Assembly (NCBI GenBank): GCA_016926205.1
Contig: JAFGPB010000087.1
Location: forward strand, 1-60,919
Origin: Bacteroidales bacterium
GTDB lineage: Bacteria > Bacteroidota > Bacteroidia > Bacteroidales > UBA10428
Length of the DNA: 60,919 nt
Direction of reading: 5' to 3'
How positions within the stretch are numbered: position 1 is the stretch's first letter; each line of letters opens with the position of its first letter. Both the position numbers and the translations under genes were made by a program. Below, piece after piece: positions 1 through 10,878 of the stretch. The notes under the pieces were generated by a model. It did not search any database. It was given only the letters and a program-made list of their open reading frames with translations, and was not told the origin of the DNA.

Positions 1-3000
1 GCTGTAAATTCGATCTTGAAATAACGGTCGCCCGCAGTGATCTGGTCAACTTCATAAGTTTCTGTCTGTGCAAGATAACGGATGATTGTCTTGTTATCGC
101 GGATTGCCAGGTCAAATCTCAGGTTCAGATCACTTTCAAAAGTCCTTTCACCGATTTTCACAGGCACAGAGTTAAAACGGTATCCTGCACCAATCACAAG
201 CTCATTATTAAGGCTTTCCGTAAGCTGATTGTTGGACAGGCTCAAGGCCAGTACCCTGGATTTTCTGAATTGCAGGCGTGTGGACAGACTGTTCACCCAG
301 GCCATGTCTAACCCGATAAAAGGATTCATGTCCTCCCTTATTGCCAGTGTATTAATCTGCAGCTCAGGAATAAAATTGTTCTGTATGTCCCTGACGTATC
401 CCAGACCGTCTTCTTCATCCGCAACGAATCCGAAGTTGGTCGTATACGCATTAATATTGTATGTAGAACTGTAAGAGTGTGTTATGTTTGCGGATCTCAA
501 CAACGGCTGAAGGAACGGTATTCTCGAGATTCCGTCAAAAGTAAGTCGCCAGTTCGGCATGATTTTCAGGAATCCGGGAAACTTTGAAAGTGAAATCTTC
601 TGAGGATCCTGACCGGTATAGGATGCAAGGAAAGCCGGGATGATCACATCGGAAGACGTAGAACCGTAACCATCTGCATAACCGGGTTCTGTTGCTTGCT
701 GAATCGTACCCTGATAATGGATTCCGGTCGCATCCAGACGCTCATCAGATAACCGTTGAGAAATGATCTTACGGTATTCCTTGAACCGTTCAAAATAAAC
801 CGACATGTAACCGTTGTCGCTTTTGATTTTCTCAAATGCTGATCCGATGCTTATAATTGACATGGAGAAACTTCCGTACCTCATGCGGTTGTCAAAATAG
901 AACCCCCCATGAGTGAACAGGGTATCACTGTAATAAAAATATTCATTCAATGATTTCGTATGCGTTCTGAGTCCCGAAAGCTCTACTCTGAAACCTCTTA
1001 CCGGCTCAAAGGTTCCTCTGATGTTTACATTTTCGGTTTCATTCAGGGTATATGGACTGTTAAAGGCCGGATTTCTCGTCAGCCAGCCATTTGATGCGGC
1101 ATTCCTGATAAAATCCTGGTCCTGGTATCCCAGAAGAAACGGCAATCCCGGAGAGCCTCCGTACTCATCTCCGGTATTGAATCCGATGATGTTTGGTGTG
1201 GGCATGTATCCCATCAGATTGGTGCCTCCGGTTTTTGAATATGTCAATGTTACATTTTTCAATCCTGTCAGGATCCTTACCGTATTCTCAGCCAGAAACA
1301 CGAAAGGATTCTCGCCGGCTTCGACTTCTCCCGTCACCGTAAGCATAACACCGGTATGGATCGTATCGGCCGTAACACTGATCCTGTTCTCGTCTATAAC
1401 ATCAATAATGGCTTCCACATCCTGTCCATTCCTGTCTTTCAGAACCACCTCAACATTCCTGGTGTTCAGTTTGTGACTGAAATTTCTGGTGGTATTGGCT
1501 CTTAATGCCAGATTCTCCCTTGAATACGTCACGGTCTTGTATCTCTTGTCAGCCTCAACCTGTCCGGTTGCCGTTCCGCCATATTTTGAACTGATCCTGT
1601 TTATGAATTTCACTTTGTTGTAAAGTAAAGACAGGTTCAGGCTGGAATTCGCCTGAATGGTGCTGGAATTGCTCATGGAATTGCCAAGAGAACGGCTTCC
1701 CTGAAATACAGGTCCCTCCCTCCACTGGAAAGTAGAATTGTATCGCAGGGACAATGAGGTCCAGTTCAGGATCGGAAATTTGCTCAACGGTACACTGTAT
1801 GTCGCGTTAAAACTGTGGTTGTAATGTATCGCACGTCCTCCTTCACCGATGCTGTTCCAGACTGATTTTGACCATTCACGGTTGTCCCCTTTTCTGAACC
1901 AGTCGTATGCACCCTGTTGCTCTTCGATTCGCGACTGGTTGTGGACCGAAAAATCAAATCTTAACGACCGGGTAAGATCCCAGCTGATCTCATATTCCCG
2001 GGTCCAGACGAAATCCTTGCTTACGGTTGAATCAATCAGGATTTCACGGTCTTCATAAACATTTCTCAGTTTAGTCTCATTGTAATACCTGTCGAAATCT
2101 GTCCGGAATGAAAGCCTGCTGGGCATGAGCGAGAAATTGAAATCTTTGATAAAACGCAAATAAGGTGAATTTAAGCCTTTTATACTGCCAAACGGGGTGA
2201 TGTTTTTTGGCCTCGCATTGTATATATAATTGAAGGCCAATCCATATCTCACCGTATTGTTGCGCTCAACCTCATAACTGTGCGCTTCGGTCCTGCTGTA
2301 ACCTGCAGTCAGTGAAAAATTGGAAGGGGAAAGCAGCCGGAACTTCTCGAACTCCTGATTCACCCGGACGTTCGTAAGGTTGACACTGTTGCGCTTGACC
2401 ACATCCTGAGACACTTCCTTGACCTCCCTTCTTTCATCTTTCGTCCCGGCTTCTTTCAGGGCATCCTTCAGCAGTCGGTCCGGTTCATTCGGTGCGTATT
2501 CCGGATTTATTGTCGTATTTGATATGCCGACGTAGAGGGGAATGGACACCTGGGTTTTTTCAGGCAACAGCTTTCCCAGCTCTACGTTGGTGGCAACATT
2601 GATTTGGTTGGTTTCTTCTTTTTTCCGCTGGTCAACCTTCTGTTCAATGCTGCCGAATCCGGGTTTTGATGTGCTGCCCGCGACCGATATCGTACCCAGG
2701 TCCGCAAGCCGCAACTGCGTTCTGGCATTTACTGCCCAGCCCCCGTCATTGTTGAAATCTGTCAGTCTAAATTCATTAAACCACACTTCTGCGGATTTGG
2801 AAAGGCCGTCGTTCGGATAATCATTGTCCACATCACCTGCATTTCTGATCCCGATCAGAATCGTCCTGATGTTGCTGAGGTTCGGTGTTCCTTTGATGCG
2901 TACCCTGTTTTTCCCATCCTTTCTCATATAAACCCTGGTGATGTTATAGTTTCCAGGATCATCGCGAACTGCCTGATCCCTCTCAACCTTCAGGTCCACC

Positions 3001-6000
3001 AGCTCATCCAGCTTGATTTCTATCAGATTTTCGTCAGGCCATACGATCCTCCGTTCAGAATCATTATAATTGCCCTGGGGGGTTACCTTCAATGGAACTT
3101 CATATTCGTAGTAGTTGTCGGTCTGGTCAGATCCCATCCTGACAAAAGCCGTGATTTCATAATCATTCAGGTTCTGGTTGATCAAAGCTTCCGCATGAAC
3201 AAACATCTTCAGCATTTTATACTGCCTCAGGTCAAGGTTCATGTTCTTATAAGCACCTCTGGCATCACCATCTGCAAGGTTGCGTACCCTATAGACCACC
3301 GACTGTTCATTCAACTGGGCAATCTGAGGCTGACTGGGATCCACAACACGGTCGATTCCCGGGGGCAGAATATAGTTGACGGGTTCTTTGGCTGCATTTT
3401 CTTCAATATTTACGGACGTGATCTCAAAATTTCCGCCTTCATACTGATTTGTGATGGAAGGGCCTCCCTGAACAAGACTGTTGTTGTATTTTCTCCATTC
3501 CGACCTGATCAGGCGCAACTCGGCAAAACGAAGGATCACCGGCTCCCGGAATCCCGTCAGGTACATTCTCATGAACCTTATGGACTTGAAATCCTCAATA
3601 TTCCCGTATTTCTTCTCGAAATCGTTGATCGGGATGCGAAACTGATACCAGTTTACATCCTTCCCCCTTACGATCTCAGTGATATAATCATTCTCAACAT
3701 TCATGATCCCGGGCTTCAATGGAACATGATATTCATAATAAGATTCCGTTTCATTTAACGTATTGTCACGATTTAAATCCTCTGTATTCGGCAGGGTTGT
3801 ACCTGCCGCAAAATCACCTCCGCTCTGCTGGTTTGTCGGTGAGTTGCCTTCCATATTATTGTAATCCTTATACCGGGAAATGACACCTGCCGTATCGCTG
3901 TAATCAGGACTGAGAAAATACCTGAAATTATCACGGGAAGGATCTTCAAATGCCATCTGAAATGCCTGTGAACCCTGAGGCAATGCATTAAGATATGACC
4001 TGAATTTTTCCCGCTCCTGATCATCATCCAGACCGTCGAGTCCAACGTCCTGCATGGCGCGGTTGTCGGGATCAGCATCGAAAGTGTTTACAATGGCCTG
4101 TACCGTAGGCACCCTGCCCCAGACCGTGTTTGTATCAACACGGACAATGGTGTCCGTTGTCGGCAGACCGTTTTCAAACGATTTGCGTGAATCTTTCAGC
4201 ACATCCTCAGAGATCTCTCCGAGGTTGAAATACAAATCACCTCCCTGATGCAGGGAATCCTCAACGAAAGGATCCATAAGCCAGAACTCTATATATTCAA
4301 TATTGGAAGTTTCAAAATCATTGGTCTGAATTTCACGCATAATGCCGCCCCACCTAAGTTCAGGATTCGGAAGCCTGCCGTCAGGGGTAATTGACGGATC
4401 GAAATTATAAGGACCCCGTTCTTCAGGATAGTAGGCCAGGTTCATGACAAGCAGGGTATTGTCAAAGCCTGTGCCGCTTTCCCTTTTCTTAAAGATCTCC
4501 GTTTCCAGGATCTCCCGGACAAATTGACTGTTCTGCTCTTCCTCGGTGATGTTGTCGGGGGTTCTTGACTCATTTCGTGTAAAAAGCGGATCGATCGAAT
4601 ACCAGGCCAGTTTTGCCCGGTTGTAACCGTAGCGCAGATCATTCAAAGTGCCGGAATATTCAAACCTTTTGGGTGTACTGGACAAAAACCAGGACTGAAT
4701 CGTTTTCAGCTCAACCGGGGTTTCTGTACCTTCAAAATCATCTATGTATGCAACACCCCCTTCACCGATGACTTTGGCCTGACCGGGGATCAGGTGTGCG
4801 AATTCAGCATCGAATGTCACCGTAGACGGTTCTTTCGTCTCGATCAACGGCAGTTTGTCAATTAAATTGGTGATGAGTTGTGATTCCGTACGGTAGCTGG
4901 TATTCAAACCCCATATGGTGTTGGAGATCGGTTCGTCGCCAATATTGACCTTTTGCGTTAAGGGTCTTTCTGTCAGGTTCATCACTGTCGCGCCCACATT
5001 GAAATTGTCCGAGAACCTGTATTCCATATGTGTGCCCACAAGGGTCTTGGTCTGCAAATTGAAAAGCGCGTTGTTCTCAAGTGAAACCCGGATCGGCGCT
5101 CCGGATTCAATAAGTCCCTGATTCAGGATCCTCACCCTTCCCAAAGTGTAATCCACCGTATAATCCTGTCCTTCAGCAAGTGTAAGCCCCCCTGAAGATA
5201 CCTTTACGGAGCCCTGGGGTATGTTAATCGCATTGAGCTGTATCTCTGAACTGGAAGATGACTGGTAGGAACCTTCCAGGAAAAACTTGTTCTTTCCGGA
5301 GTTCTGTCGCGCCTTGGTTTGTGTGGAATCATAAAGCGCTTCAAAGACATATTTATCAGCAACGGGATCTCTGGCAGGGTCGCCTCCGGTGATGGTCATG
5401 CGTAAATCCGAACCAAAAGGCTCAACCTGCGTGAAAAAGATCCTTCCGTCCCGGGCACTGACAGTAATTCCTTCTATAAAGTCAAACCGGCCGTCCGGAA
5501 CCGGTTGATTCCTTGAATCGAGATTGTCCATGTCCATCACCTTAAGCAGAATCTTCCGGTTAAAACTGCTGTCAGCCTGATTGTCGGCAATATAATTCAC
5601 AGGAACACCCGTCTCATCTTTCCTATACAAAATATCCATAATAAAATCCTGGCCTGAGACCTGATATGCTCCGATTGCATAAACATTTTTCATCATCAGA
5701 TCCCATGTTCCGAGCTTTGGGGTCAGAGTGGTACCCTTGATCATTTTTACGGCCAGTGTTGCTGGTGCGCTCACACCATCGGTTGACAACTCTCCCACCC
5801 GGTAAGTCTTGCCCTGAAATGTATACACATAAGCAACTGCCAGCACTTCATCCGACCGCAGCGCAGAATTCAGGGAAATGTACCCCAGCTCCCTGTTTAC
5901 CGTATATTCGCGTTCATTTAACTTACGGGCATTTTCAACTTTTTCAAAATCAATTCCGTTGTAAAAACCTGAAGTACCTTCAAGAGGAGCAAGGATTTTG

Positions 6001-7277
6001 GAAATCTGGTTGAATGTCCTGAATGCCGCATAATCCGCTGTGATGGTCGTGTAAAGCTGATTCTGCCCGTTGTCTGCCGGTGCATTCACCAAACTCCCGG
6101 GAAGAATGAAATTCTCTTCACCGAAGAAATTCGGCTGACCGTCGGGACCGTATCCTTCACCGAGATCCATCAGTGCCAGGATATTTCGGGTATCATTGTT
6201 GAAATCGCTTGTTTTGTTCGTAATCCACACTTCAACCTGCTCAATCCGGACACCTGAATTAACATGCGGCAATGATTCAAGCCAGGAATTGTAATTGTCC
6301 CTGAAGAAATGCGACAGGAAAAAATGCCGGTTTGCGTCATAGTCCACTGCATCCACCTTGAATTCATTTATCTGGGCTCCGCCTTTCACTTCGATGACCT
6401 GCGACTGTCCGCGCTGGTGACTGAAAACGGTGCTCACGAATAGTTTTCCGAACTGCAGATCGGTCTTCAGTCCGAATAAGCTCTGGCTCCCTGTAATCAG
6501 GCTCCCGGGGAGTGAGAATGTCACGTTTCCCGCTTCTATCTTTTTAATGATTTCATCCTCCTTCCCCGTATATTCCAGTTTTGTTTTATTCTCAAAATCA
6601 AATGAAGCCTCAGTATTGTAATTGATCCCCAGTTGCATTTTGTCTCCTATGCTTCCGGTGACATTCATCTGGATCTTTTCTTTGAACAAAAAAGATCCGT
6701 TTCTTCTGTTTTTTTCCGAAAGTGCCGGATTGTCAATCCTGGACATGTTGTAGCCAAAGATCAACTCTGCCGAACCCTGGGGTACAATATTGATTACATC
6801 AGTACCAAAAACCTTATCAAAGGTTTCACCAAGACTGAATGTTGGCAGTAAGGGTGCAGTCTGTGATGCGGAAGTCTCCCTCGACCTCTGAAACCAGTAA
6901 TCACGTACCGAAGTCCGGTTGACATAATCATAATACTGATCGATGGTCATGGATGAAGGACGCCTGTAATCAAAACTCCCGATTTTCTCTGAAAATATAA
7001 ACCGGTTCTGAGCCGGGTCATAAGTCACCAACTGCCGGATATTCGAAGGATTTCTAAGGTACAAAGGAGAATAAATGCCGCTGTTTGAAAAAGGAAAACG
7101 CAATTCATCCCTGAAGGGATACTGCAATTTCAGACTATCATTGGATTCCGGAACAACTTCCTGTGCAAAGCCGGCGTTCGCAACCAAACCCATCAAAAAG
7201 CAAACCAGCCAGCGGGTTTTTGTATATATTTGAAACGGCTTTGTCCTTCTGATATGTTGAACCGTCCAATTTGTCAA
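1..7277 (-). CDS. sprA: T9SS outer-membrane translocon SprA/Sov (3' end truncated by window edge; start uncertain, TTG 7277 or ATG 7193)
   Basis: Not in the ORF track. Spot-translated segments at both ends and internally lie in one minus-strand frame (about 2,400 codons) and give SprA-type sequence: PQGSAELIFG, IQMNVTGSIGDKMQLGINYNTEASFDFENKTKLEYTGKEDEIIKKIEAGNV, LITGSQSLFGLK, and DLNLRFDLAIRDNKTIIR near the edge. Signal-peptide-like WLVCFLMGLVANAGFAQ; lies downstream of ruvA. Confidence 0.93.
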   Translation of the reverse strand, partial: MTNWTVQHIRRTKPFQIYTKTRWLVCFLMGLVANAGFAQEVVPESNDSLKLQYPFRDELRFPFSNSGIYSPLYLRNPSNIRQLVTYDPAQNRFIFSEKIGSFDYRRPSSMTIDQYYDYVNRTSVRDYWFQRSRETSASQTAPLLPTFSLGETFDKVFGTDVINIVPQGSAELIFGYNMSRIDNPALSEKNRRNGSFLFKEKIQMNVTGSIGDKMQLGINYNTEASFDFENKTKLEYTGKEDEIIKKIEAGNVTFSLPGSLITGSQSLFGLKTDLQFGKLFVSTVFSHQRGQSQVIEVKGGAQINEFKVDAVDYDANRHFFLSHFFRDNYNSWLESLPHVNSGVRIEQVEVWITNKTSDFNNDTRNILALMDLGEGYGPDGQPNFFGEENFILPGSLVNAPADNGQNQLYTTITADYAAFRTFNQISKILAPLEGTSGFYNGIDFEKVENARKLNEREYTVNRELGYISLNSALRSDEVLAVAYVYTFQGKTYRVGELSTDGVSAPATLAVKMIKGTTLTPKLGTWDLMMKNVYAIGAYQVSGQDFIMDILYRKDETGVPVNYIADNQADSSFNRKILLKVMDMDNLDSRNQPVPDGRFDFIEGITVSARDGRIFFTQVEPFGSDLRMTITGGDPARDPVADKYVFEALYDSTQTKARQNSGKNKFFLEGSYQSSSSSEIQLNAINIPQGSVKVSSGGLTLAEGQDYTVDYTLGRVRILNQGLIESGAPIRVSLENNALFNLQTKTLVGTHMEYRFSDNFNVGATVMNLTERPLTQKVNIGDEPISNTIWGLNTSYRTESQLITNLIDKLPLIETKEPSTVTFDAEFAHLIPGQAKVIGEGGVAYIDDFEGTETPVELKTIQSWFLSSTPKRFEYSGTLNDLRYGYNRAKLAWYSIDPLFTRNESRTPDNITEEEQNSQFVREILETEIFKKRESGTGFDNTLLVMNLAYYPEERGPYNFDPSITPDGRLPNPELRWGGIMREIQTNDFETSNIEYIEFWLMDPFVEDSLHQGGDLYFNLGEISEDVLKDSRKSFENGLPTTDTIVRVDTNTVWGRVPTVQAIVNTFDADPDNRAMQDVGLDGLDDDQEREKFRSYLNALPQGSQAFQMAFEDPSRDNFRYFLSPDYSDTAGVISRYKDYNNMEGNSPTNQQSGGDFAAGTTLPNTEDLNRDNTLNETESYYEYHVPLKPGIMNVENDYITEIVRGKDVNWYQFRIPINDFEKKYGNIEDFKSIRFMRMYLTGFREPVILRFAELRLIRSEWRKYNNSLVQGGPSITNQYEGGNFEITSVNIEENAAKEPVNYILPPGIDRVVDPSQPQIAQLNEQSVVYRVRNLADGDARGAYKNMNLDLRQYKMLKMFVHAEALINQNLNDYEITAFVRMGSDQTDNYYEYEVPLKVTPQGNYNDSERRIVWPDENLIEIKLDELVDLKVERDQAVRDDPGNYNITRVYMRKDGKNRVRIKGTPNLSNIRTILIGIRNAGDVDNDYPNDGLSKSAEVWFNEFRLTDFNNDGGWAVNARTQLRLADLGTISVAGSTSKPGFGSIEQKVDQRKKEETNQINVATNVELGKLLPEKTQVSIPLYVGISNTTINPEYAPNEPDRLLKDALKEAGTKDERREVKEVSQDVVKRNSVNLTNVRVNQEFEKFRLLSPSNFSLTAGYSRTEAHSYEVERNNTVRYGLAFNYIYNARPKNITPFGSIKGLNSPYLRFIKDFNFSLMPSRLSFRTDFDRYYNETKLRNVYEDREILIDSTVSKDFVWTREYEISWDLTRSLRFDFSVHNQSRIEEQQGAYDWFRKGDNREWSKSVWNSIGEGGRAIHYNHSFNATYSVPLSKFPILNWTSLSLRYNSTFQWREGPVFQGSRSLGNSMSNSSTIQANSSLNLSLLYNKVKFINRISSKYGGTATGQVEADKRYKTVTYSRENLALRANTTRNFSHKLNTRNVEVVLKDRNGQDVEAIIDVIDENRISVTADTIHTGVMLTVTGEVEAGENPFVFLAENTVRILTGLKNVTLTYSKTGGTNLMGYMPTPNIIGFNTGDEYGGSPGLPFLLGYQDQDFIRNAASNGWLTRNPAFNSPYTLNETENVNIRGTFEPVRGFRVELSGLRTHTKSLNEYFYYSDTLFTHGGFYFDNRMRYGSFSMSIISIGSAFEKIKSDNGYMSVYFERFKEYRKIISQRLSDERLDATGIHYQGTIQQATEPGYADGYGSTSSDVIIPAFLASYTGQDPQKISLSKFPGFLKIMPNWRLTFDGISRIPFLQPLLRSANITHSYSSTYNINAYTTNFGFVADEEDGLGYVRDIQNNFIPELQINTLAIREDMNPFIGLDMAWVNSLSTRLQFRKSRVLALSLSNNQLTESLNNELVIGAGYRFNSVPVKIGERTFESDLNLRFDLAIRDNKTIIRYLAQTETYEVDQITAGDRYFKIEFT

Positions 7278-7297
7278 ATTCCTGATGTTTATGACTT

Positions 7298-7879
7298 TTA
7301 CAACTGTTTCAAGGCTTTTTTGATGAGGTCCTCAAGCGAAAGGGATTTTTCTTTGGCCAATATCCTCACGAGTACCTTATCCACTTCGGTTTTGTTAAAC
7401 CCAAGGATTACCAATGCAGATAACGCTTCATCCTTTAATCTATTGTCTATTAGAGCAAATAATTCGTCAGATGTTTTTTCTTTGCCCAGTTTGTCCCTCA
7501 GCTCGATGATTACCCGTTGCGCTGTCTTTGTACCGATACCTTTGATGCTTTGCAGGACTGAAGTATTGCCGGCAGCAATCGCCTGCTGCAAATCGAGGGT
7601 GGTCAGTGATGACAGCATCATGCGTGCTGTATTGGCACCGATACCGGAAACAGTGATCAGTGCCCTGAACATTTCACGTTCAAGCTTGTCGGAAAAGCCA
7701 TAAAAAAGATGCGCGTCTTCCCGTATTACCTGATGGATGAACAGTTTTACCCGGGTGAGTGACTGGATTTTTGAATATGTATTCAGTGAAATCTGAACAA
7801 TGTAACCTATATTTCCGGTTTCAATGACACAAAATGCAGGGTTGATTTCAGTAAGGTCACCTTCAATGGTTTCATACAT
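7298..7879 (-). CDS. ruvA: Holliday junction branch migration protein RuvA
   Basis: 193 aa; REDAHLFYGF, LITVSGIGANTA, IKGIGTKTAQRVIIELRDK helix-hairpin-helix motifs. Confidence 0.97.
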   Translation of the reverse strand: MYETIEGDLTEINPAFCVIETGNIGYIVQISLNTYSKIQSLTRVKLFIHQVIREDAHLFYGFSDKLEREMFRALITVSGIGANTARMMLSSLTTLDLQQAIAAGNTSVLQSIKGIGTKTAQRVIIELRDKLGKEKTSDELFALIDNRLKDEALSALVILGFNKTEVDKVLVRILAKEKSLSLEDLIKKALKQL

Positions 7880-7948
7880 GGGAATTGTTGTTATGGATTT
7901 TTATCAGGTCAGGTTGTTTTGCTACTCTCCGAAGCCAGCGGGACAGGA

Positions 7949-9001
7949 TCATAATTCACTAAGATCTACAGATGAAAGCGGATTGCGTGACATCTCACTG
8001 TATGAACTCCTGTTCTTAAAAATATCACATGCAAGATAGATTGCTTTCCTGAAGGATTCCGGTGATGCTTCATTTTTACCGGCCAGTTCATATGCGGTAC
8101 CGTGTGCCGGAGATGTCCTTACCACAGGCAGTCCGGCCGTATAATTCACTCCTCCGTCAACTGTAAGCGCCTTAAACGGAATCATCCCTTGATCATGATA
8201 CATGGCAAGAACAGCATCAAACTGCCGGTACGTTCCCGCACCAAAAAATCCATCTGCCGGAAATGGGCCGAAAGCCATAATCTTTTCTGTTTTTGCCAGT
8301 TCCAGGGCAGGCTTGATAATGTCTGTTTCTTCACTGCCCAGCAGTCCTTCATCGCCCGCATGGGGATTCAGTCCAAGTACTGCGATACGCGGACTTGAAA
8401 TCATAAAATCGATCTGAAGGGACCGGTTCAAAATGTGCAGTTTTTCTAAAATTGCATCCATGGTAATGTATTCTGGAATTTTGATTATGGGCAGGTGGGT
8501 CGTTACAACTCCCACCCTCATCAGGTCATTGATCATCAACATGAGCACTCCCTCCGCTTTAAACCGTGATGCCAGAAACTCGGTATGACCCGGAAAATTG
8601 AATCTATCCGATTGTATGTTCATCTTGTTTACGGGACCCGTCACAAGTGCATCGATCTTACCGGCCGCCATATCCGAACAGGCGGCTTCAAGTGCTTTAT
8701 AGGAAGCTTCACCGGCAGCCTGACTGATCTTTCCCAGTTCAACCCTTGCATTGTCGTCAGTACAGTTGATGATGTTTGCGCGGCGCAGGATCGCTTCATC
8801 TGCCAGGCGTATCGTATTGAAGCTGAAGTTTTCTATATTCAGTGCTTTGCGATGGTATGATGCAATCTTAGGCGAACCATAAATGACCGGTATGCAAAAA
8901 TCAAAAATTCTGTTGTCCAATAATGATTTGATAATTACCTCATAACTGATCCCATTGATATCACCCTGAGTTATTCCGAGTATAATTTTATCACCCTTCA
9001 T
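7949..9001 (-). CDS. pdxA: 4-hydroxythreonine-4-phosphate dehydrogenase PdxA
   Basis: GITQGDINGI, FPGHTEFL, GLNPHAGD, AMYHDQG, RTSPAHGTAY motifs. Confidence 0.96.
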   Translation of the reverse strand: MKGDKIILGITQGDINGISYEVIIKSLLDNRIFDFCIPVIYGSPKIASYHRKALNIENFSFNTIRLADEAILRRANIINCTDDNARVELGKISQAAGEASYKALEAACSDMAAGKIDALVTGPVNKMNIQSDRFNFPGHTEFLASRFKAEGVLMLMINDLMRVGVVTTHLPIIKIPEYITMDAILEKLHILNRSLQIDFMISSPRIAVLGLNPHAGDEGLLGSEETDIIKPALELAKTEKIMAFGPFPADGFFGAGTYRQFDAVLAMYHDQGMIPFKALTVDGGVNYTAGLPVVRTSPAHGTAYELAGKNEASPESFRKAIYLACDIFKNRSSYSEMSRNPLSSVDLSEL

Positions 9002-9096
9002 GATCTGTACCTTAATAAATTAATGATTACGGGCCGCATATCCGACCCGGTCCGGTAAAGTTAACAATTTTATTCAGTGATGTGGTGCTCACCACC

Positions 9097-10869
9097 TCAC
9101 TTCAGATTCCTGAAAAGGGTGAACAGGAATTCCAGTCCGCCGTTGCTGCGGTTTTTTACAGAAATTGTGCCTTTGTGGAATTCTATGGCATTTTTAACGA
9201 TGGCAAGTCCGAGTCCGGTCCCACCCCTTTTGCGGTCGCGTCCCTTATCCACTCTGTAAAACCGTTCAAAAAGCCTGGGCAGGTCTTCGTCAGGGACTCC
9301 TCTGCCATCGTCCGAAAATGAAAAATAATAGAATTCCTCATCTTCAGCGTATTTTTCGATCCTGATGGTCGTGCCTTCCCCGCCATGATCAACAGCGTTA
9401 TCCATCAGGTTCCTGAAGACCGAGTACATCAATACCGGATTGCCCTTTAACATTAGTTTACTGCCTATGGCAATCTCCAGTTCTATCTGATGCTCGTCCA
9501 GTCCCGGCCGCATCTCCTGCTCTATTTCTTTAAGAATATTGCGCAGGTCCATGGCTTCTATTTCATAAAGACTGCCGGCTTCTTCAATTTTTGTAAGCAG
9601 GGAGATATCATTGACCAGATGGGAAAGCCGACATGCCTGAGCATATGCCCTGTGCAGAAAATCCATGGCCTTTTCCTTTGGAGGATTGCTTTCAATGATG
9701 GTTTCGAGCAGTCCCCTGATGGAACTCACCGGTGTTTTCAACTCGTGGGCAATATTTTCCGTTAGTTCCTGTTTCAGCAGCTTTCTTTTTGCAGGTCTGG
9801 TAACATCCTGTATGGAGACTTCGAAACTTTTATCCGGAAAGACCATGCTTTTGACATTGTAGTATTTTCCGCCCTTGCTTAGGGAGATTTCACAGACAGG
9901 TTGTTTTTCCGCAAGTTTCTGCACGTCTTTCCGGATGTTTTTGTAAATGAAACGAAAAAGATCCTCAAAGTCCGGTATGTTGAAAAAGCCTTCCGGTGAA
10001 TTTACCCTGGAATCACTGATATGGTTGATAAATTGCATAAAATGCTTGTTGTTCGTGATCACTTCCATATCTTTTGAAAAAATTGCAATGCCCTCTTCCA
10101 GCATGTTCAGGTGTCTGATAAGCTTTTCCCGCTCCGATAACAGGGTTTCTTTTGTCTGGTTCAGCTTACGGTAAATTTCGATGATCTCCTGCCCGATTGA
10201 GCCCAGCTCGTTATCCGGGAAATCCAGACCTTCCTCAACGGATTTGTTCGAGAGCACACGTGAAGTAAATTCCTTCAGTGTGTGAACCGATTTGCCAAAT
10301 TTGTCATTGATCAGAACAATACTGAAGGAGGTGATGAAAAGGACAATCACCAACAGAAGCATGAAGATGGTATCGGGCTTGATGAACTGTCTTGTTTCCA
10401 GATCGAAAATCACAGATATCCTTATGAAGTATTCTTCAACATACCTGGCATAATAATAATACCTGATTTTTGTGGTGGCTGAAACCCGAATGTCGGTGCC
10501 GAATTCTTCACGGAGGGATTGCCGGACCTCGGGACGGTTCAGATGATTCTCCATGGTGCCGATATCTTCCACACTGGAATCGTACCACACCGCACCCTCC
10601 GGAGAAATTACGGTAATCCTCAGCGTATGATCCTCGATCAGACCGGTAAGTGAGTCCAGCCTTTCAAATGATTTTTCTTCGCTGAGCTGATTTTTCTGAA
10701 TGTAATTTATAGCCAGCGAGGCATAATTGTTCAGCTCATCATTCAGTGCCTCAATGCGGATGCTCTTTTCGTGCCGGTATTGAATGATCAGCAGAACAGA
10801 GGTAAAAAATACAAGAAAAGTTACCGTATAAAAAAGCCATTTTCTGTTGTAGGAAGAAAAAAATCTCAT
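9097..10869 (-). CDS. Two-component sensor histidine kinase, PhoR-like
   Basis: Two TM segments around a periplasmic domain (MENHLNRPEV), H-box NIAHELKTPV, N-box NLMDNA, DDGRGV, FERFYRVDKGRDRKRGGTGLGLAIVK; adjacent to a PiT transporter. Confidence 0.88.
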   Translation of the reverse strand: MRFFSSYNRKWLFYTVTFLVFFTSVLLIIQYRHEKSIRIEALNDELNNYASLAINYIQKNQLSEEKSFERLDSLTGLIEDHTLRITVISPEGAVWYDSSVEDIGTMENHLNRPEVRQSLREEFGTDIRVSATTKIRYYYYARYVEEYFIRISVIFDLETRQFIKPDTIFMLLLVIVLFITSFSIVLINDKFGKSVHTLKEFTSRVLSNKSVEEGLDFPDNELGSIGQEIIEIYRKLNQTKETLLSEREKLIRHLNMLEEGIAIFSKDMEVITNNKHFMQFINHISDSRVNSPEGFFNIPDFEDLFRFIYKNIRKDVQKLAEKQPVCEISLSKGGKYYNVKSMVFPDKSFEVSIQDVTRPAKRKLLKQELTENIAHELKTPVSSIRGLLETIIESNPPKEKAMDFLHRAYAQACRLSHLVNDISLLTKIEEAGSLYEIEAMDLRNILKEIEQEMRPGLDEHQIELEIAIGSKLMLKGNPVLMYSVFRNLMDNAVDHGGEGTTIRIEKYAEDEEFYYFSFSDDGRGVPDEDLPRLFERFYRVDKGRDRKRGGTGLGLAIVKNAIEFHKGTISVKNRSNGGLEFLFTLFRNLK

Positions 10870-10878
10870 ATTGCCGCT

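Noticed and set aside
229-6851. Many short ORFs in the track (e.g. 1021-1476, 3195-3758, 3773-4078)
   Set aside because: Antisense or off-frame shadows of sprA, which the track misses because its stop lies outside the window
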